Of a DNA stretch of 64,000 bases, positions 29,574 to 39,112 are shown piece by piece. Under the pieces are notes generated by a model. It had not been told where the DNA came from. It made no database searches and saw only the letters and a list, made by a program, of their open reading frames with translations. Source of the stretch: an uncultured Armatimonadetes bacterium (lineage in GTDB: Bacteria; Armatimonadota; UBA5829; DTJY01); the NCBI GenBank assembly GCA_963717145.1, contig OY970325.1, positions 4,416,001 to 4,480,000 of the forward strand, read 5' to 3'. The position numbers and the translations under genes were made by a program. Position 1 is the stretch's first letter, and each line of letters opens with the position of its first letter.

Positions 29574-29652
29574 CCGGCTGTCATTCTGAGCGTAGTGAAG
29601 AATCTGTCTGCGCACGGCCAGATTCTTCACTACGCTCAGAATGACAGCCGGT
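29574..29652. repeat. TGTCATTCTGAGCG-type palindrome
   Basis: ACCGGCTGTCATTCTGAGCGTAGTGAAGAATCTG...CAGATTCTTCACTACGCTCAGAATGACAGCCGGT. Confidence 0.9.
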
Positions 29653-29728
29653 AACCCTGATCGTGAATTCTTACGGGAGCAAGAAGAAAGCCCGGGGCCA
29701 TTCGACCCCGGGCACGGTGCTGCGAAAT

Positions 29729-30172
29729 CTAAAGTCTCACATCTATGATGGCGCTCACACCGACGCCGGACACGCGCTTCAGGTCCTTAACTACGTCCTT
29801 CGACTCGACCGGGACCAGCACCTTGACGCGGAACATCTTGCCGTTCACGTTGGTCTCGAGCTGTGCGACGGCTTTGACCTTGTCCACCAGGTGAGCCGGG
29901 CCGCTGATCTGCGCCGCGCCCGCATATCCGCCCTGTCCGACGCTGATGATCGGCACGACCGCCGTCCTGTCCTCCACGCCGACGCCCTTGTTGGCGGTCA
30001 GCTTGTTGATGGCCTTGTTGATATCGTCGCCGAACCTATCTACGAGCAGGACGATTCCCGCTCCCTTCAGGATGTCGCCGATGCCGGCCCGTACCGGGGC
30101 GACGGTCGCGAGTGACGCGGCCATCAAGACTACGGCAAGCACCAGTGTGATCTTTCTTCGTCTGTTCTTCAT
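29729..30172 (-). CDS. Exported conserved hypothetical protein
   Basis: AGGAGG RBS; signal peptide; 'VVPIISVGQGGYAGAAQISGP' and 'RVSGVGVSAIIDVRL'. Confidence 0.8.
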   Translation of the reverse strand: MKNRRRKITLVLAVVLMAASLATVAPVRAGIGDILKGAGIVLLVDRFGDDINKAINKLTANKGVGVEDRTAVVPIISVGQGGYAGAAQISGPAHLVDKVKAVAQLETNVNGKMFRVKVLVPVESKDVVKDLKRVSGVGVSAIIDVRL

Positions 30173-30296
30173 GTTAGCTTCCTCCTGATCTCGACTCGAC
30201 ATGGTTATTATCGGTATCCGGCGCCGATCCTGGAATGGCCCGGGTAGACTCATCTGTACGTCAGTGTATACGATGGAGGGAAGCCTGGGGTTTCGT

Positions 30297-30383
30297 TTTG
30301 GAGTGCGGAAGGGAGGGCGAGGCTCCGTCCGAGCCTGGTTGGGTGGCTCGGACGGAGCCTCGCCCTCCCTTCCGCACTCCAAA
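30297..30383. repeat. TTTGGAGTGCG arms enclosing a GGAGGGCGAGGCTCC palindrome
   Basis: Outer ends match 2093-2210 family, inner arms match 27920-28012 family. Confidence 0.85.
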
Positions 30384-30384
30384 G

Positions 30385-30420
30385 AAAAAACCCCGCCTCG
30401 AGAAGCTCGAGGCGGGGTTT
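30385..30420 (-). terminator. Terminator of SLH-porin gene
   Basis: AAAAAACCCCGCCTCGAG-AAG-CTCGAGGCGGGGTTT. Confidence 0.85.
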
Positions 30421-30447
30421 GTAGCAACTTCAGGTTCGCGTCAGGTC

Positions 30448-32310
30448 CTAGAACTTGACGGCGAACTGTGCAGTAGCAACTCCACCGTGGAAGTTGTTGC
30501 TTACTCCGTACGGAGTCAGTGTTCCATCCTCGTACTCAACAATCTGGTAGAGGAGTTTCATGCTCGCGTTCGGGTTGAACGTGTGGCCGAGACCGAGGGA
30601 GATGTATCTCTCCTCAGTGTCGGTTGTTCCGGCCCCCGTCGGCTCCCATGTTACCTGCTCGAAACCAAGATCAACCGTGTTGGAGCTGGTCAGTCCGTAC
30701 TTCAGACCGGCCTTCCAGTAGGTGATCTTGTCCAGGGCGTTGGCAGCAACGCCGACGGTTCTGCCCTGCGTGGTCGCAGTGCGGCCGTCAACGCTGAGTC
30801 CGGCTGTGTCGTCGTTGGGATCGAGCCACTGGCCCTCAGCCGACAGCGAGATGTTGTCGGTCAGCGCATAGGTCAGATTTGCCATCGGACCCTTGACGTT
30901 GACCAGGTTCGCCGCTGCGCCGAGTCTTGACCAGTTACCAGGAGCGTCGTAGTTCTGCTCGATGTCGGAGTATCCGCCCTTGATGCCGAGGCTGCCGGCC
31001 TGGAATGCCAAACTCGCGTTCCATGCCGTGTTGTCGTTATCCAGATCGGCCGCAAACAGGCCGTTGAGCGTATCATCCGGACTCGTCTGAGCCCACTCGC
31101 CCATCAGCCCGATGCTGCCGAACATGAGGTTGATATCAGCTCCCATGACGTCGGTCGTGGCATTGACACCACCGACGCCAACGCCCGCCTGGTACCAGGT
31201 CAGGCCCAAGCCACCATCGGCCGTGATGCCGATGACCGCACGAGCGCCACCGATCTGGCTGACGTCGACGCCACCGGCGCCGCCGAGCAGCAGATCCGGG
31301 GTGATCAGGTCAGCAATGACGTTGTCGCCGACCTTCGCCGCGAACGCGGTGAGCGAGATCTTGCTCCAGTTGAACATGATGTTGCCACCGTCTAGCACGA
31401 AGTTGCCGTCGTCCAGCTTGCTCACGTAGGTGTAGCTGTCCGTATCGACGAGCTTCAGTGTCAGAGGTGTCAACTGGAACGGGAACCGACCAACAGTCAC
31501 CTCGCCCTGGCCCAGAGGTCCGAGCTTCATAGCTGTGTTCAGCGTGAGCTTCCACAGTGTGAAGTCATCGACTCCCGGAAGAGCGAAGTCCTGCAGGTAG
31601 TTACCTGCCGCGATCTGCGCATCCACGGATGTGTTCTCAGCGACCTTCCCAACGATTCCGAGCTGGAAGTCGTTGAAGAAGGAGGAGTTGGAGAGCGGAT
31701 TGTCCCGCTCATTGGGATTGCCGTTGTTGCCGATGAGTCTGGCATCTTTGTCGAAAGTGGGCCGGACGGGTCCGTTGGCCACTTCGCCGCGGACGATCAA
31801 GCTCGTGTCGGCATTGATCTTGACACGGGCCTGTTCCTCTTCGATGATACCGACTCTCTCGGTCAGCGCATTCAGGTCTCTGCGAACGCTTTCGACCTGA
31901 ACGCCCAGGGAGGCTAGCTCATCCTGGAACTCATCCATCATCTTCTGGATGGATGCAAGCTGCTCTGCACCGACTCCGGGCTCGCCCTTGTCACCCTTGA
32001 CTCCGGGTGCTCCAGCGTCGCCCTTGTCGCCCTTCATTCCCTGACTAGTGCTATCACTCGGCATCATGTCGATGATGACCGGGATGGCCTTGGCGAGGGC
32101 CTCAGCGAACTCGTATCGGGTCATTGCGCGCTTGCCGCCGAACGTACCGTCAGGGTATCCCTGAATGATCCCCTGATCAACCAGTTCCTGTACTGCGTCA
32201 TATGCCCAGTGATCAGGCGGGACATCGGGGAATTCCTGCGCGAACGCGACGGTGCCCAGTCCGAGCAGAAGTGCAGCGATCATAACGAACGCTACTTTGT
32301 TCATGTTCAT
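30448..32310 (-). CDS. SLH-domain outer-membrane protein (OmpM/SlpA-like: SLH, collagen-like segment, coiled coil, beta-barrel)
   Basis: FPDVPPDHWAYDAV..GIIQGYPDGTF..TRYEFA; G-X-Y triplets; coiled coil; amphipathic strands; terminal Phe. Confidence 0.9.
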   Translation of the reverse strand: MNMNKVAFVMIAALLLGLGTVAFAQEFPDVPPDHWAYDAVQELVDQGIIQGYPDGTFGGKRAMTRYEFAEALAKAIPVIIDMMPSDSTSQGMKGDKGDAGAPGVKGDKGEPGVGAEQLASIQKMMDEFQDELASLGVQVESVRRDLNALTERVGIIEEEQARVKINADTSLIVRGEVANGPVRPTFDKDARLIGNNGNPNERDNPLSNSSFFNDFQLGIVGKVAENTSVDAQIAAGNYLQDFALPGVDDFTLWKLTLNTAMKLGPLGQGEVTVGRFPFQLTPLTLKLVDTDSYTYVSKLDDGNFVLDGGNIMFNWSKISLTAFAAKVGDNVIADLITPDLLLGGAGGVDVSQIGGARAVIGITADGGLGLTWYQAGVGVGGVNATTDVMGADINLMFGSIGLMGEWAQTSPDDTLNGLFAADLDNDNTAWNASLAFQAGSLGIKGGYSDIEQNYDAPGNWSRLGAAANLVNVKGPMANLTYALTDNISLSAEGQWLDPNDDTAGLSVDGRTATTQGRTVGVAANALDKITYWKAGLKYGLTSSNTVDLGFEQVTWEPTGAGTTDTEERYISLGLGHTFNPNASMKLLYQIVEYEDGTLTPYGVSNNFHGGVATAQFAVKF

Positions 32311-32534
32311 CCTCCTTGAATGTAACTAACGTCACTTCTGGCCGGAGGCGTCTCTGCTTCTCTCGTCTGTGGCATCTGCGCGAGTATCCATGTTTCCTCT
32401 GCATCAACCACGTTCAGATCGAAGCGTCTTCCCTCCAGCCTATGCTATCACCGCGCAAGATCACAGGCCATTCAAGGTGTTTGTCACCTCCTTTCAACCT
32501 TGTGCCGCGCGATGTGATAGTCCGATTGCCAGGC

Positions 32535-32563
32535 ATCCTAGCAAATATACCAGGTATTGTCAA
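32535..32563 (-). promoter_or_regulatory. Sigma70-type promoter of SLH-porin gene (~220-nt leader)
   Basis: Minus strand TTGACA-17 nt-TAGGAT. Confidence 0.65.
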
Positions 32564-32905
32564 GTTCCTGGATGAGAAAGTTTCTCTAGAATCTTTGTAC
32601 AACCCTGCTTCCTGTTTTTCCTCCTTGAAGTTTGCAGGACTGCGTACAAGCTCATGCTAAGCCGCTGAGGTCTTATACGCCCACCACTTCCGGAAGGTTA
32701 CAGAAATTCTGCAACGCGAAAAACCATCATCGCCCGCATGTCCGACAGTCATTACCCATGCATCTGGAAAGGAAAACGCGGCGAGTAAGCAGTGGTTGGG
32801 TGCTATTCAGGGCGAACGCCACGAGGTTCCGTAGGAGGGATTTGCCGGGATGGCTTGTGTCCGTAATCCCTCTTACGGAACCTAGTGGCGTTCGCCCTGG
32901 GGGTG

Positions 32906-33298
32906 CTATTTCCTGAGGTATTCTTCGGCGAGGATGACCGCAGCGAGGTCATCGATCGGCCTGTTCGGGGTGAGCAGACCTCGCGGGACGAGGCGAAGGA
33001 GTCCCCTCGGCGGGTTCTCCTCGAAGAAGCGGGCGCGGGCCTTGAGGGTGGAGTTCGTTTCGTCTACGAATTCGATCGGCAGCGAGCCGGAACACTCGCG
33101 CAATCTGTCGGCGAACCCTTGCACCCGGGTCCCATTCCCTACGATGATCGTGTTGGGGGAGTAGCGAGCTATCAACTCGGCGAGAAGCTCGAGCAATCGG
33201 TCGGGCGTCAGGATCGCTCTGTGCAGCGAGTTCTCGCCGTCCATGACCGCCACACCGCACTTCTCACGGCCCGGGTCTATCGAAATGAGTACACTCAT
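32906..33298 (-). CDS. YqgF/RuvX-like RNase H-fold nuclease
   Basis: IDPGREKCG, IVGNGT, VDETNST, IDDLAA; ATGA overlap with previous gene. Confidence 0.85.
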   Translation of the reverse strand: MSVLISIDPGREKCGVAVMDGENSLHRAILTPDRLLELLAELIARYSPNTIIVGNGTRVQGFADRLRECSGSLPIEFVDETNSTLKARARFFEENPPRGLLRLVPRGLLTPNRPIDDLAAVILAEEYLRK

Positions 33299-34563
33299 CA
33301 GAGGTCCTCGACACGGAAATCGAGATCCAGCGGTCCGGCGGACCATGTATCCTGGCGTGCGATGGCTTTGAGGGTCACCGGCTTCCCGCGGCTCTTCACC
33401 TGGTTCACCATGTCGAGGAGTTGGTCCGGAGAGATCGCTCCGACGGCCGGCTGATCCTGTTCTTCATCGAAGTAGGGGATCACGCCCCGGGCTACCGCCG
33501 CCTTGCGTACATCGGAACGCAGGAAACTGATCACCTGGCCGAGGATTTGTCCTTGAGAAGTGCGGCCGTCCATGGGAGTCTTCGCGACGTCCTGGCCCTT
33601 CCAGTAGATGAGGCGGTTGTAGTTGGGCACAAACTCCACGAGTGCCTGCTCGCCCTCGACCGTGTTCCCGATCGAGACGACGCGCAGGACGACGCTGCCC
33701 GATCCGGTGGACAACTGGTCTACGAGCGCATCTATACTCGTTGCTTCGGTGACTGTCTGCTCCTTCGAACCCTCGGTCCCCGTGATCTTCTTTGTGATTA
33801 TCTCGACCGCCCTGCCGTTGTCGCCGATCCGAGCGCCCTTCTCCCGTGCGGACTTGTCCGCTTCCTCGAGCACTCTGAGCACCTCCGCGCGGACCTTCGC
33901 CCTGGGTTGGGTGCAGTCGATCGCCGCTCGGGAAAGCTCCTGGTTGGACTGGAAGATGATGGTCCGCTGGCGAAGTGCGATGTACCGCTGGTACTTCGAG
34001 ACCGCCTCACCCATCTCAGCCGCGACTATTCCTATCCCGCTGGTGAGGTTGGCTCGCTGCTCCTCCAAGACTGCGATGGCCCGGCGCTGTCTCGCAATAT
34101 CCTTCTTACGCGCCGCTATGTCCGTGGACGCAGACGCGAGAGCCGCCTCGCTGCGAACGAGCTTGAGGCGCGACTGCTGGAGGTTCGTCGAAATGCGAGT
34201 CACCTCGCCGATGAGACTGTCGCGCTGTTTGATGGCCTGCTTCGCGTCGGCGCTCGCCTTATCGGCGGTCCGGCGGGCGGCTTCGTACTTCTGCATCACC
34301 GTGTCGCGCTCGCGGAGGATATCCTCGCCTTCGAGCATGAGGAGTCGGACCCTCTGACTGATAGCTGCCATGAACCCGATGGTGAAGATGGCGATCAACA
34401 TCCCGGTGATCGTCGTGAAAACGATAGCGGTATGTCTGGGACGCAAGCCGAAAAGGCTGAGCCGTCGCTTGCCCAAGCGCCTGCCCAGCAGATCACCCCA
34501 GTACGCTATGAAGCCGCACATGCCGATGAAGACGGCGGCTGCCAGAATCGTTCGCCAAGTCAT
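33298..34563 (-). CDS. DUF3084 domain protein
   Basis: IAYWGD.LGRRLGKRRLSLFGLRPRHTA, TM pair, long coiled coil. Confidence 0.88.
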   Translation of the reverse strand: MTWRTILAAAVFIGMCGFIAYWGDLLGRRLGKRRLSLFGLRPRHTAIVFTTITGMLIAIFTIGFMAAISQRVRLLMLEGEDILRERDTVMQKYEAARRTADKASADAKQAIKQRDSLIGEVTRISTNLQQSRLKLVRSEAALASASTDIAARKKDIARQRRAIAVLEEQRANLTSGIGIVAAEMGEAVSKYQRYIALRQRTIIFQSNQELSRAAIDCTQPRAKVRAEVLRVLEEADKSAREKGARIGDNGRAVEIITKKITGTEGSKEQTVTEATSIDALVDQLSTGSGSVVLRVVSIGNTVEGEQALVEFVPNYNRLIYWKGQDVAKTPMDGRTSQGQILGQVISFLRSDVRKAAVARGVIPYFDEEQDQPAVGAISPDQLLDMVNQVKSRGKPVTLKAIARQDTWSAGPLDLDFRVEDL

Positions 34564-34597
34564 GGTCAATAAACGGTGAGCAGTGCACCACAGCCGG

Positions 34598-34694
34598 TCC
34601 GTAGGGGCGATCCTTCAACGGTCGCCCGGTCTACGAGTAATGGTTGAGTAGTCATCCGCAGACCGGGCGACCGTTGAAGGATCGCCCCTACGGA
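34598..34694. repeat. GTAGGGGCGATCCTT REP doublet
   Basis: CCGTAGGGGCGATCCTTCAACGGTCGCCCGGTCT...AGACCGGGCGACCGTTGAAGGATCGCCCCTACGG. Confidence 0.9.
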
Positions 34695-34706
34695 CCGGCT
34701 GTGATC

Positions 34707-35798
34707 TCACTTAGCCGCCCTCATGATAAGAAATGCGCCTACGACCGCGCAGGCGGCTGTCGGTGCGAAACTTGCGAGAACCGGCGAGACCGCTCCGTTT
34801 CGCCCCAGGATGGTCATGTAGTGCATGAGTATCCAGTACGCGAAGATGATCACGATCGAGAGCCCGAGGCCCGTCGCCGAGCTGCTTCGATGCGGTCGAA
34901 GGCCGAGCGGCGCGCCGATCAGCGCGAAGACGAGAGTAGTGAGCGGCATCGCGATCTTCTGGTAGAGGCTGACCTCGAACGCCGCCACGTCGGTTCCCTG
35001 CTGGGTGAGCATGTTGATGTAGCTCCTGAGTTGTCGGAAGCTCATCTCGTTGTCCCTTTTCTGGAAGAGCGCGATCTGCTCGGGCGTCTTGTCGATCCGA
35101 GTCTGGCGGGCCTGAGTGCCTCGGAACTCGGTCACCCAGGTCGGCTTGGTGCCCAGCGTCTTGATGTACCCGTCCCTGAACTCCCAATTATTCGTGCCGA
35201 GCCATTTCGCCTGCTCACCATAGATAAAAGCCGTCGGTTTGTTGCCAACATACTGAGTCAGCGCGACCCTCCGAAGCGTGCCGGTGGATAGATCGAATCC
35301 TCCCTGCACGAAGAAAACGCTGTTCGTCACGCCATTGTCCGCATCTATCACGAAGAACGGCTTGTCGCTCGACAACGGCTCATTCTTGATCTCCTGTAGG
35401 ATCTGCTGGTGCCGGTGCGTTGCAGAAGGCGCTACATACTCGTTCAGCACGAAGCTCGCGGCCGTGACCACGACTGCCATCACGATCACCGGCAGCACGA
35501 TCCGGTACATGCTGACTCCGCCTGCGAAGAGCGCAACCGTCTCACTGTCGCTGGAGAGCCTGCCGAACCCGAGCAGGGTCGCCAGCAGCATCGACATCGG
35601 CAGAGTGACCACCACGAGCGCCGGGAGGTTCAACGCGACCAGTTCGCCCGCTCGCCAGACCGATGCGTGGTATTCGGCGAGAAGCTCGGTTATCTGGAAC
35701 AGCTCCTTGCCGGCGAACATCAGGCTGGTGAACGCGGCAACGCCGAATACGAACGGGCCGACCAACTCGGTAAGGATGTGGCGGTCGAGTATCTTCAT
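34707..35798 (-). CDS. LptF/LptG family LPS export permease
   Basis: MKILDRHI, GRLSSDSE..AL..GGVS, KIAMP...LVFALIGAPLG. Confidence 0.9.
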   Translation of the reverse strand: MKILDRHILTELVGPFVFGVAAFTSLMFAGKELFQITELLAEYHASVWRAGELVALNLPALVVVTLPMSMLLATLLGFGRLSSDSETVALFAGGVSMYRIVLPVIVMAVVVTAASFVLNEYVAPSATHRHQQILQEIKNEPLSSDKPFFVIDADNGVTNSVFFVQGGFDLSTGTLRRVALTQYVGNKPTAFIYGEQAKWLGTNNWEFRDGYIKTLGTKPTWVTEFRGTQARQTRIDKTPEQIALFQKRDNEMSFRQLRSYINMLTQQGTDVAAFEVSLYQKIAMPLTTLVFALIGAPLGLRPHRSSSATGLGLSIVIIFAYWILMHYMTILGRNGAVSPVLASFAPTAACAVVGAFLIMRAAK

Positions 35799-35830
35799 GT
35801 CTGCTTACTGCTGGGCCATCCCCCCACGAT

Positions 35831-35940
35831 GTTGGGGAGGGAGTTGGACTCCCTCCCCCTGCACTCACCGGGGCGTAGTGGCCGTGCCTCAGTGCCGGCC
35901 AGATGGTGTAGCAGGCCGGCACTGAGGCACGGCCACTACG
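35831..35940. repeat. Adjacent REPs of two families
   Basis: GTTGGGGAGGGAGTTGGACTCCCTCCCC plus CGTAGTGGCCGTGCCTCAG...CTGAGGCACGGCCACTACG. Confidence 0.85.
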
Positions 35941-35944
35941 TGAC

Positions 35945-36676
35945 TCATACCTCGAATCGGTCGCCGAGGTAATACTTGCGGGCTATCGGATCGTTCGGAA
36001 GCTCCGAGGACACGCCGGAGGTCCTCACCTTACCGTCCGAAATGATGTACGCCCGGTCGGTGATCGCAAGGGTCTCGCGAACGTTGTGATCCGTGATGAG
36101 GATGCCGATGTTCTTCGCCTTCAACTCCCCGATGATGTCCTGGATGTCGTTGATGGCGATCGGGTCGACCCCTGTGAACGGCTCGTCGAGGAGCATGAAC
36201 GCCGGGGACATCGCGAGAGTGCGCGCGATCTCCGCCCGGCGGCGCTCTCCGCCGGAAAGCATGTACCCCTTGTGATCCTTGACGTGTCGGATACGCAGTT
36301 CGTCGAGCAGCTCATCGAGTCGCGCCCAGCGCTCCTTCTTCGGCATTCCGGCGAGTTCGAGCACCAGCAGGATGTTCTCCGACACGGTCAACTTGCGGAA
36401 TACAGATGCCTCCTGCGCGAGATAGCCGATTCCGTGACGCGCGCGCTGATACATCGGCATGCCGGTGATCTCACGGCCATCGAGGAACACCTTGCCGGAC
36501 TCCGGGCGAACGAGGCCGACGATCATATAGAAGGTCGTCGTCTTGCCCGCGCCGTTAGGTCCGAGCAGGCCGACGATCTCACCGCGCTTGATGTCGAGCG
36601 ATACATCGTCGACTACGCGCCGACCCTTGTAGGTCTTGACGAGGCTCTCGGTGGTGATCTGCGTCTCGGGTCCTAT
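35945..36676 (-). CDS. lptB: LPS export ABC transporter ATP-binding protein LptB (probable ATA start)
   Basis: Frame open upstream of ORF-track start with [11 protein letters not shown] and [40 protein letters not shown]. Confidence 0.92.
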   Translation of the reverse strand: MGPETQITTESLVKTYKGRRVVDDVSLDIKRGEIVGLLGPNGAGKTTTFYMIVGLVRPESGKVFLDGREITGMPMYQRARHGIGYLAQEASVFRKLTVSENILLVLELAGMPKKERWARLDELLDELRIRHVKDHKGYMLSGGERRRAEIARTLAMSPAFMLLDEPFTGVDPIAINDIQDIIGELKAKNIGILITDHNVRETLAITDRAYIISDGKVRTSGVSSELPNDPIARKYYLGDRFEV

Positions 36677-37254
36677 TTTGTGGCCCCCTCTTTGGGTTTG
36701 ACCGAGAAGTCACCCTTCTTGACGCTAATCTTGGTCTTATTGAGGTAGATGGTGACGCTGCTGCCGGTGAGTGTCGCAGGCTGCTCCAGTTCCGGATCGA
36801 CCAGCTTGACGACCGCGTTCCCGGTGAGCACTATGTTCTCATCGTCCCCACTGGCCGCCGGAGTGAACACCGCTTTGTCCGCGGTCGCGTGGATGAACCT
36901 GGTGGTCTTCTTGGCCTTATCGACCTGCCTGGCATGGATCAGGACATCGGTGGTCGCGGTTGCCTTCGCGATGACGAGCTTCTTCTCGACCTTCTTCAGG
37001 TCCGCTGAGATCGTCTTGGCGGTAATGAGCGCATCCTGGATCGTCTTGCCGCAGATCTCGCATTTCCACGGCTCCCCGGTGAGTTCCAGAGTCGCGCCGT
37101 TTGTCAGATCGATCTTCTCGTCACTGATCTCCATGTCGCCCGCAAGTCGGATTCCGCCGACCGCCATGCTTGCCGCCGAGGTGAACCCGACGTAGACGAA
37201 GAGCGCGCCGATGATAGCGGCGAGAGCGAGTGTCTTCTTCAAATCTTTCCTCAC
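36673..37254 (-). CDS. LptA/OstA-like periplasmic protein
   Basis: Signal peptide, beta-jellyroll pattern ([23 protein letters not shown]), between lptC and lptB. Confidence 0.7.
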   Translation of the reverse strand: MRKDLKKTLALAAIIGALFVYVGFTSAASMAVGGIRLAGDMEISDEKIDLTNGATLELTGEPWKCEICGKTIQDALITAKTISADLKKVEKKLVIAKATATTDVLIHARQVDKAKKTTRFIHATADKAVFTPAASGDDENIVLTGNAVVKLVDPELEQPATLTGSSVTIYLNKTKISVKKGDFSVKPKEGATK

Positions 37255-37826
37255 AGGATCGCCTCCGCGTCGCTGAGCTTTGCTTTCGTAAGCGCCGTGT
37301 CAGTCGTGATGCTCTGCGCCCGGATATGAATGCTTCCCTTGTCCATGCGCACCCCGCCCGTCCCGACGATCTTGTCCTCGCGGGGCATCCAGATCATCTG
37401 ATCGGCGCTGGCGGTGGAGCCATCCGCGAGCGAAGTCACCTTCACGCCGCCGAAAGCCCGGACTTCCTTCTTGGCGCTGTCCGCCACGACCTTCGGCGCG
37501 ACCATCCGGCTCGCGACCTTTCCGTCTTTATACAGACTGGCCGTGACATCGGTGAGTTCCACCCGCGCGGATCCCCCGGCCTCGTCGGCCGTAGCCGATT
37601 TGAAGCCGGCTTCCCAGAGCCGCTTGCCCTGGTCGTCGTCCCACGTGACCTTGGCGCCTTCGAACTTGGCCTCGGTCCTCGTTCGGTCGGGCGACGGCTT
37701 CTCTGTGAGCGTCCGAGCAGGGCTCTGCTTCGGAGGCGGCTTATGCCCACATCCGGCGGGAAGAATCGCTATGCAAACTGCTATGTGAATAAGCCGGGAG
37801 ATCGTCCCGGCCCGTCGAATAGGCAT
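37251..37826 (-). CDS. lptC: LptC-like LPS export protein
   Basis: Lipoprotein-like N-terminus, G.RLWE, ADQMIW, G.GGV motifs; operon position. Confidence 0.7.
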   Translation of the reverse strand: MPIRRAGTISRLIHIAVCIAILPAGCGHKPPPKQSPARTLTEKPSPDRTRTEAKFEGAKVTWDDDQGKRLWEAGFKSATADEAGGSARVELTDVTASLYKDGKVASRMVAPKVVADSAKKEVRAFGGVKVTSLADGSTASADQMIWMPREDKIVGTGGVRMDKGSIHIRAQSITTDTALTKAKLSDAEAIL

Positions 37827-37891
37827 CGTTTAGCCTCAGCTTGAGTTTACCATAGTCAATACCCGTTTGCAACCGACGCGCCCATGATGCC

Positions 37892-37941
37892 TTTACAACA
37901 CAGGTGGTAACTGCTACAATCAGCGCAGGAACAAATGTGCG
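37892..37941 (+). promoter_or_regulatory. Promoter of ruv operon with possible LexA-like box
   Basis: TTTACA-17 nt-TACAAT then GAAC-AAAT-GTGC. Confidence 0.5.
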
Positions 37942-37962
37942 ATTTGTAGCTCGGTGACCAGG

Positions 37963-38472
37963 ATGGCCGTAGAGCGAGATAACAAGCTTCGGATTCTCGG
38001 AGTCGATCCGGGCCTCATCACGACCGGCTACGGCATGATCGAGGCTGTCGGCGACGATGCCCGCCTGCTCGAAGGCGGAGTCATCCGCGCCTCCACGAAG
38101 CTTCCGATCGAGCAGCGGCTCTCCACCATCTTCCACGGCATCCAGGAGCTGATCAAGGAGTTCCAGCCGGACGCGCTCTCGCTCGAAGAGGTCTACACTC
38201 ACTACGAGCGGCCCAGAGTCGCGGTGTTGATGGGCCACGCGCGAGGGGTGATCTGTCTGGCCGGCGCGGTCAACCAGGTCCCGGTCTTCAGTTATGCGCC
38301 AACGCACATCAAGAGCTGCCTTACGGGGAACGGACGTGCGAGCAAGGAGCAGGTCGGCCGCATGGTGGGGCTGCGCCTCGGATTGAAGACCGTCCCTGAG
38401 CCTCTGGATGTGACCGACGCGCTGGCAATCGCCCTTTGTCATCTCGTGCGCCGAGGAAAACAGCAAACATGA
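37963..38472 (+). CDS. ruvC: Crossover junction endodeoxyribonuclease RuvC
   Basis: ILGVDPG..TGYG, GHARGV, TGNGRASKEQV, D.TDALAIA. Confidence 0.95.
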   Translation: MAVERDNKLRILGVDPGLITTGYGMIEAVGDDARLLEGGVIRASTKLPIEQRLSTIFHGIQELIKEFQPDALSLEEVYTHYERPRVAVLMGHARGVICLAGAVNQVPVFSYAPTHIKSCLTGNGRASKEQVGRMVGLRLGLKTVPEPLDVTDALAIALCHLVRRGKQQT

Positions 38473-39101
38473 TCTCATACATCAGAGGAAGCACAGTCTT
38501 GCGAGGGGAGAGCGAAGTCATCATCTGGTCGGGCGGCATCGGGTACGAGGTCATGGCGCCGGCGACCGTGATGAAGACGCTGCTCAAGAAGACCGACGAG
38601 GAACGCCGCGATGTCATCCTGGTGACGTATCACTATTACGAAAACAACCAGTCGAGGATGGTCCCTCGGCTGGTCGGCTTCACCAACGACGTCGAGCGCG
38701 AGTTCTTCGAGATGTTCATCACCGTCGCGAACATGGGCCCGAAGACCGCTGTCCGGGCGCTGTCGAAGTCGTTCCACTCGATCGCGGAGTCGATCGAGGA
38801 CGGCGACTACAAGGCGCTCTCGACGCTCCCCGGCATCGGTGAGAAGAAGGCCCGTCAGATCATAGCCACGCTCCAGGGCAAGGCGGGCAAGTTCGCCCTC
38901 ATCCAGGACGAGGCGATCGCATCCGAGCCGCTGCCGAAGGAGGACATCGAGATCGACGCCGTCGATGTGCTCCTCCAACTCGGATACAAGCGCGTCGAGG
39001 CCCAGTCGATGGTCAAGCGCGCGTTCGAATCGGCCTCCCCGAAGCCGAAGAGTTCCGAGGAACTGATCCAGAAGATCTACGAACTCAAGCTGATGAAGTA
39101 G
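38469..39101 (+). CDS. ruvA: Holliday junction branch migration protein RuvA
   Basis: MISYIRG, GGIGYEV, HhH motifs (MGPKTA, PGIGEKKA), LLQLGY. Confidence 0.92.
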   Translation: MISYIRGSTVLRGESEVIIWSGGIGYEVMAPATVMKTLLKKTDEERRDVILVTYHYYENNQSRMVPRLVGFTNDVEREFFEMFITVANMGPKTAVRALSKSFHSIAESIEDGDYKALSTLPGIGEKKARQIIATLQGKAGKFALIQDEAIASEPLPKEDIEIDAVDVLLQLGYKRVEAQSMVKRAFESASPKPKSSEELIQKIYELKLMK

Positions 39102-39112
39102 GCGGGCATGTT

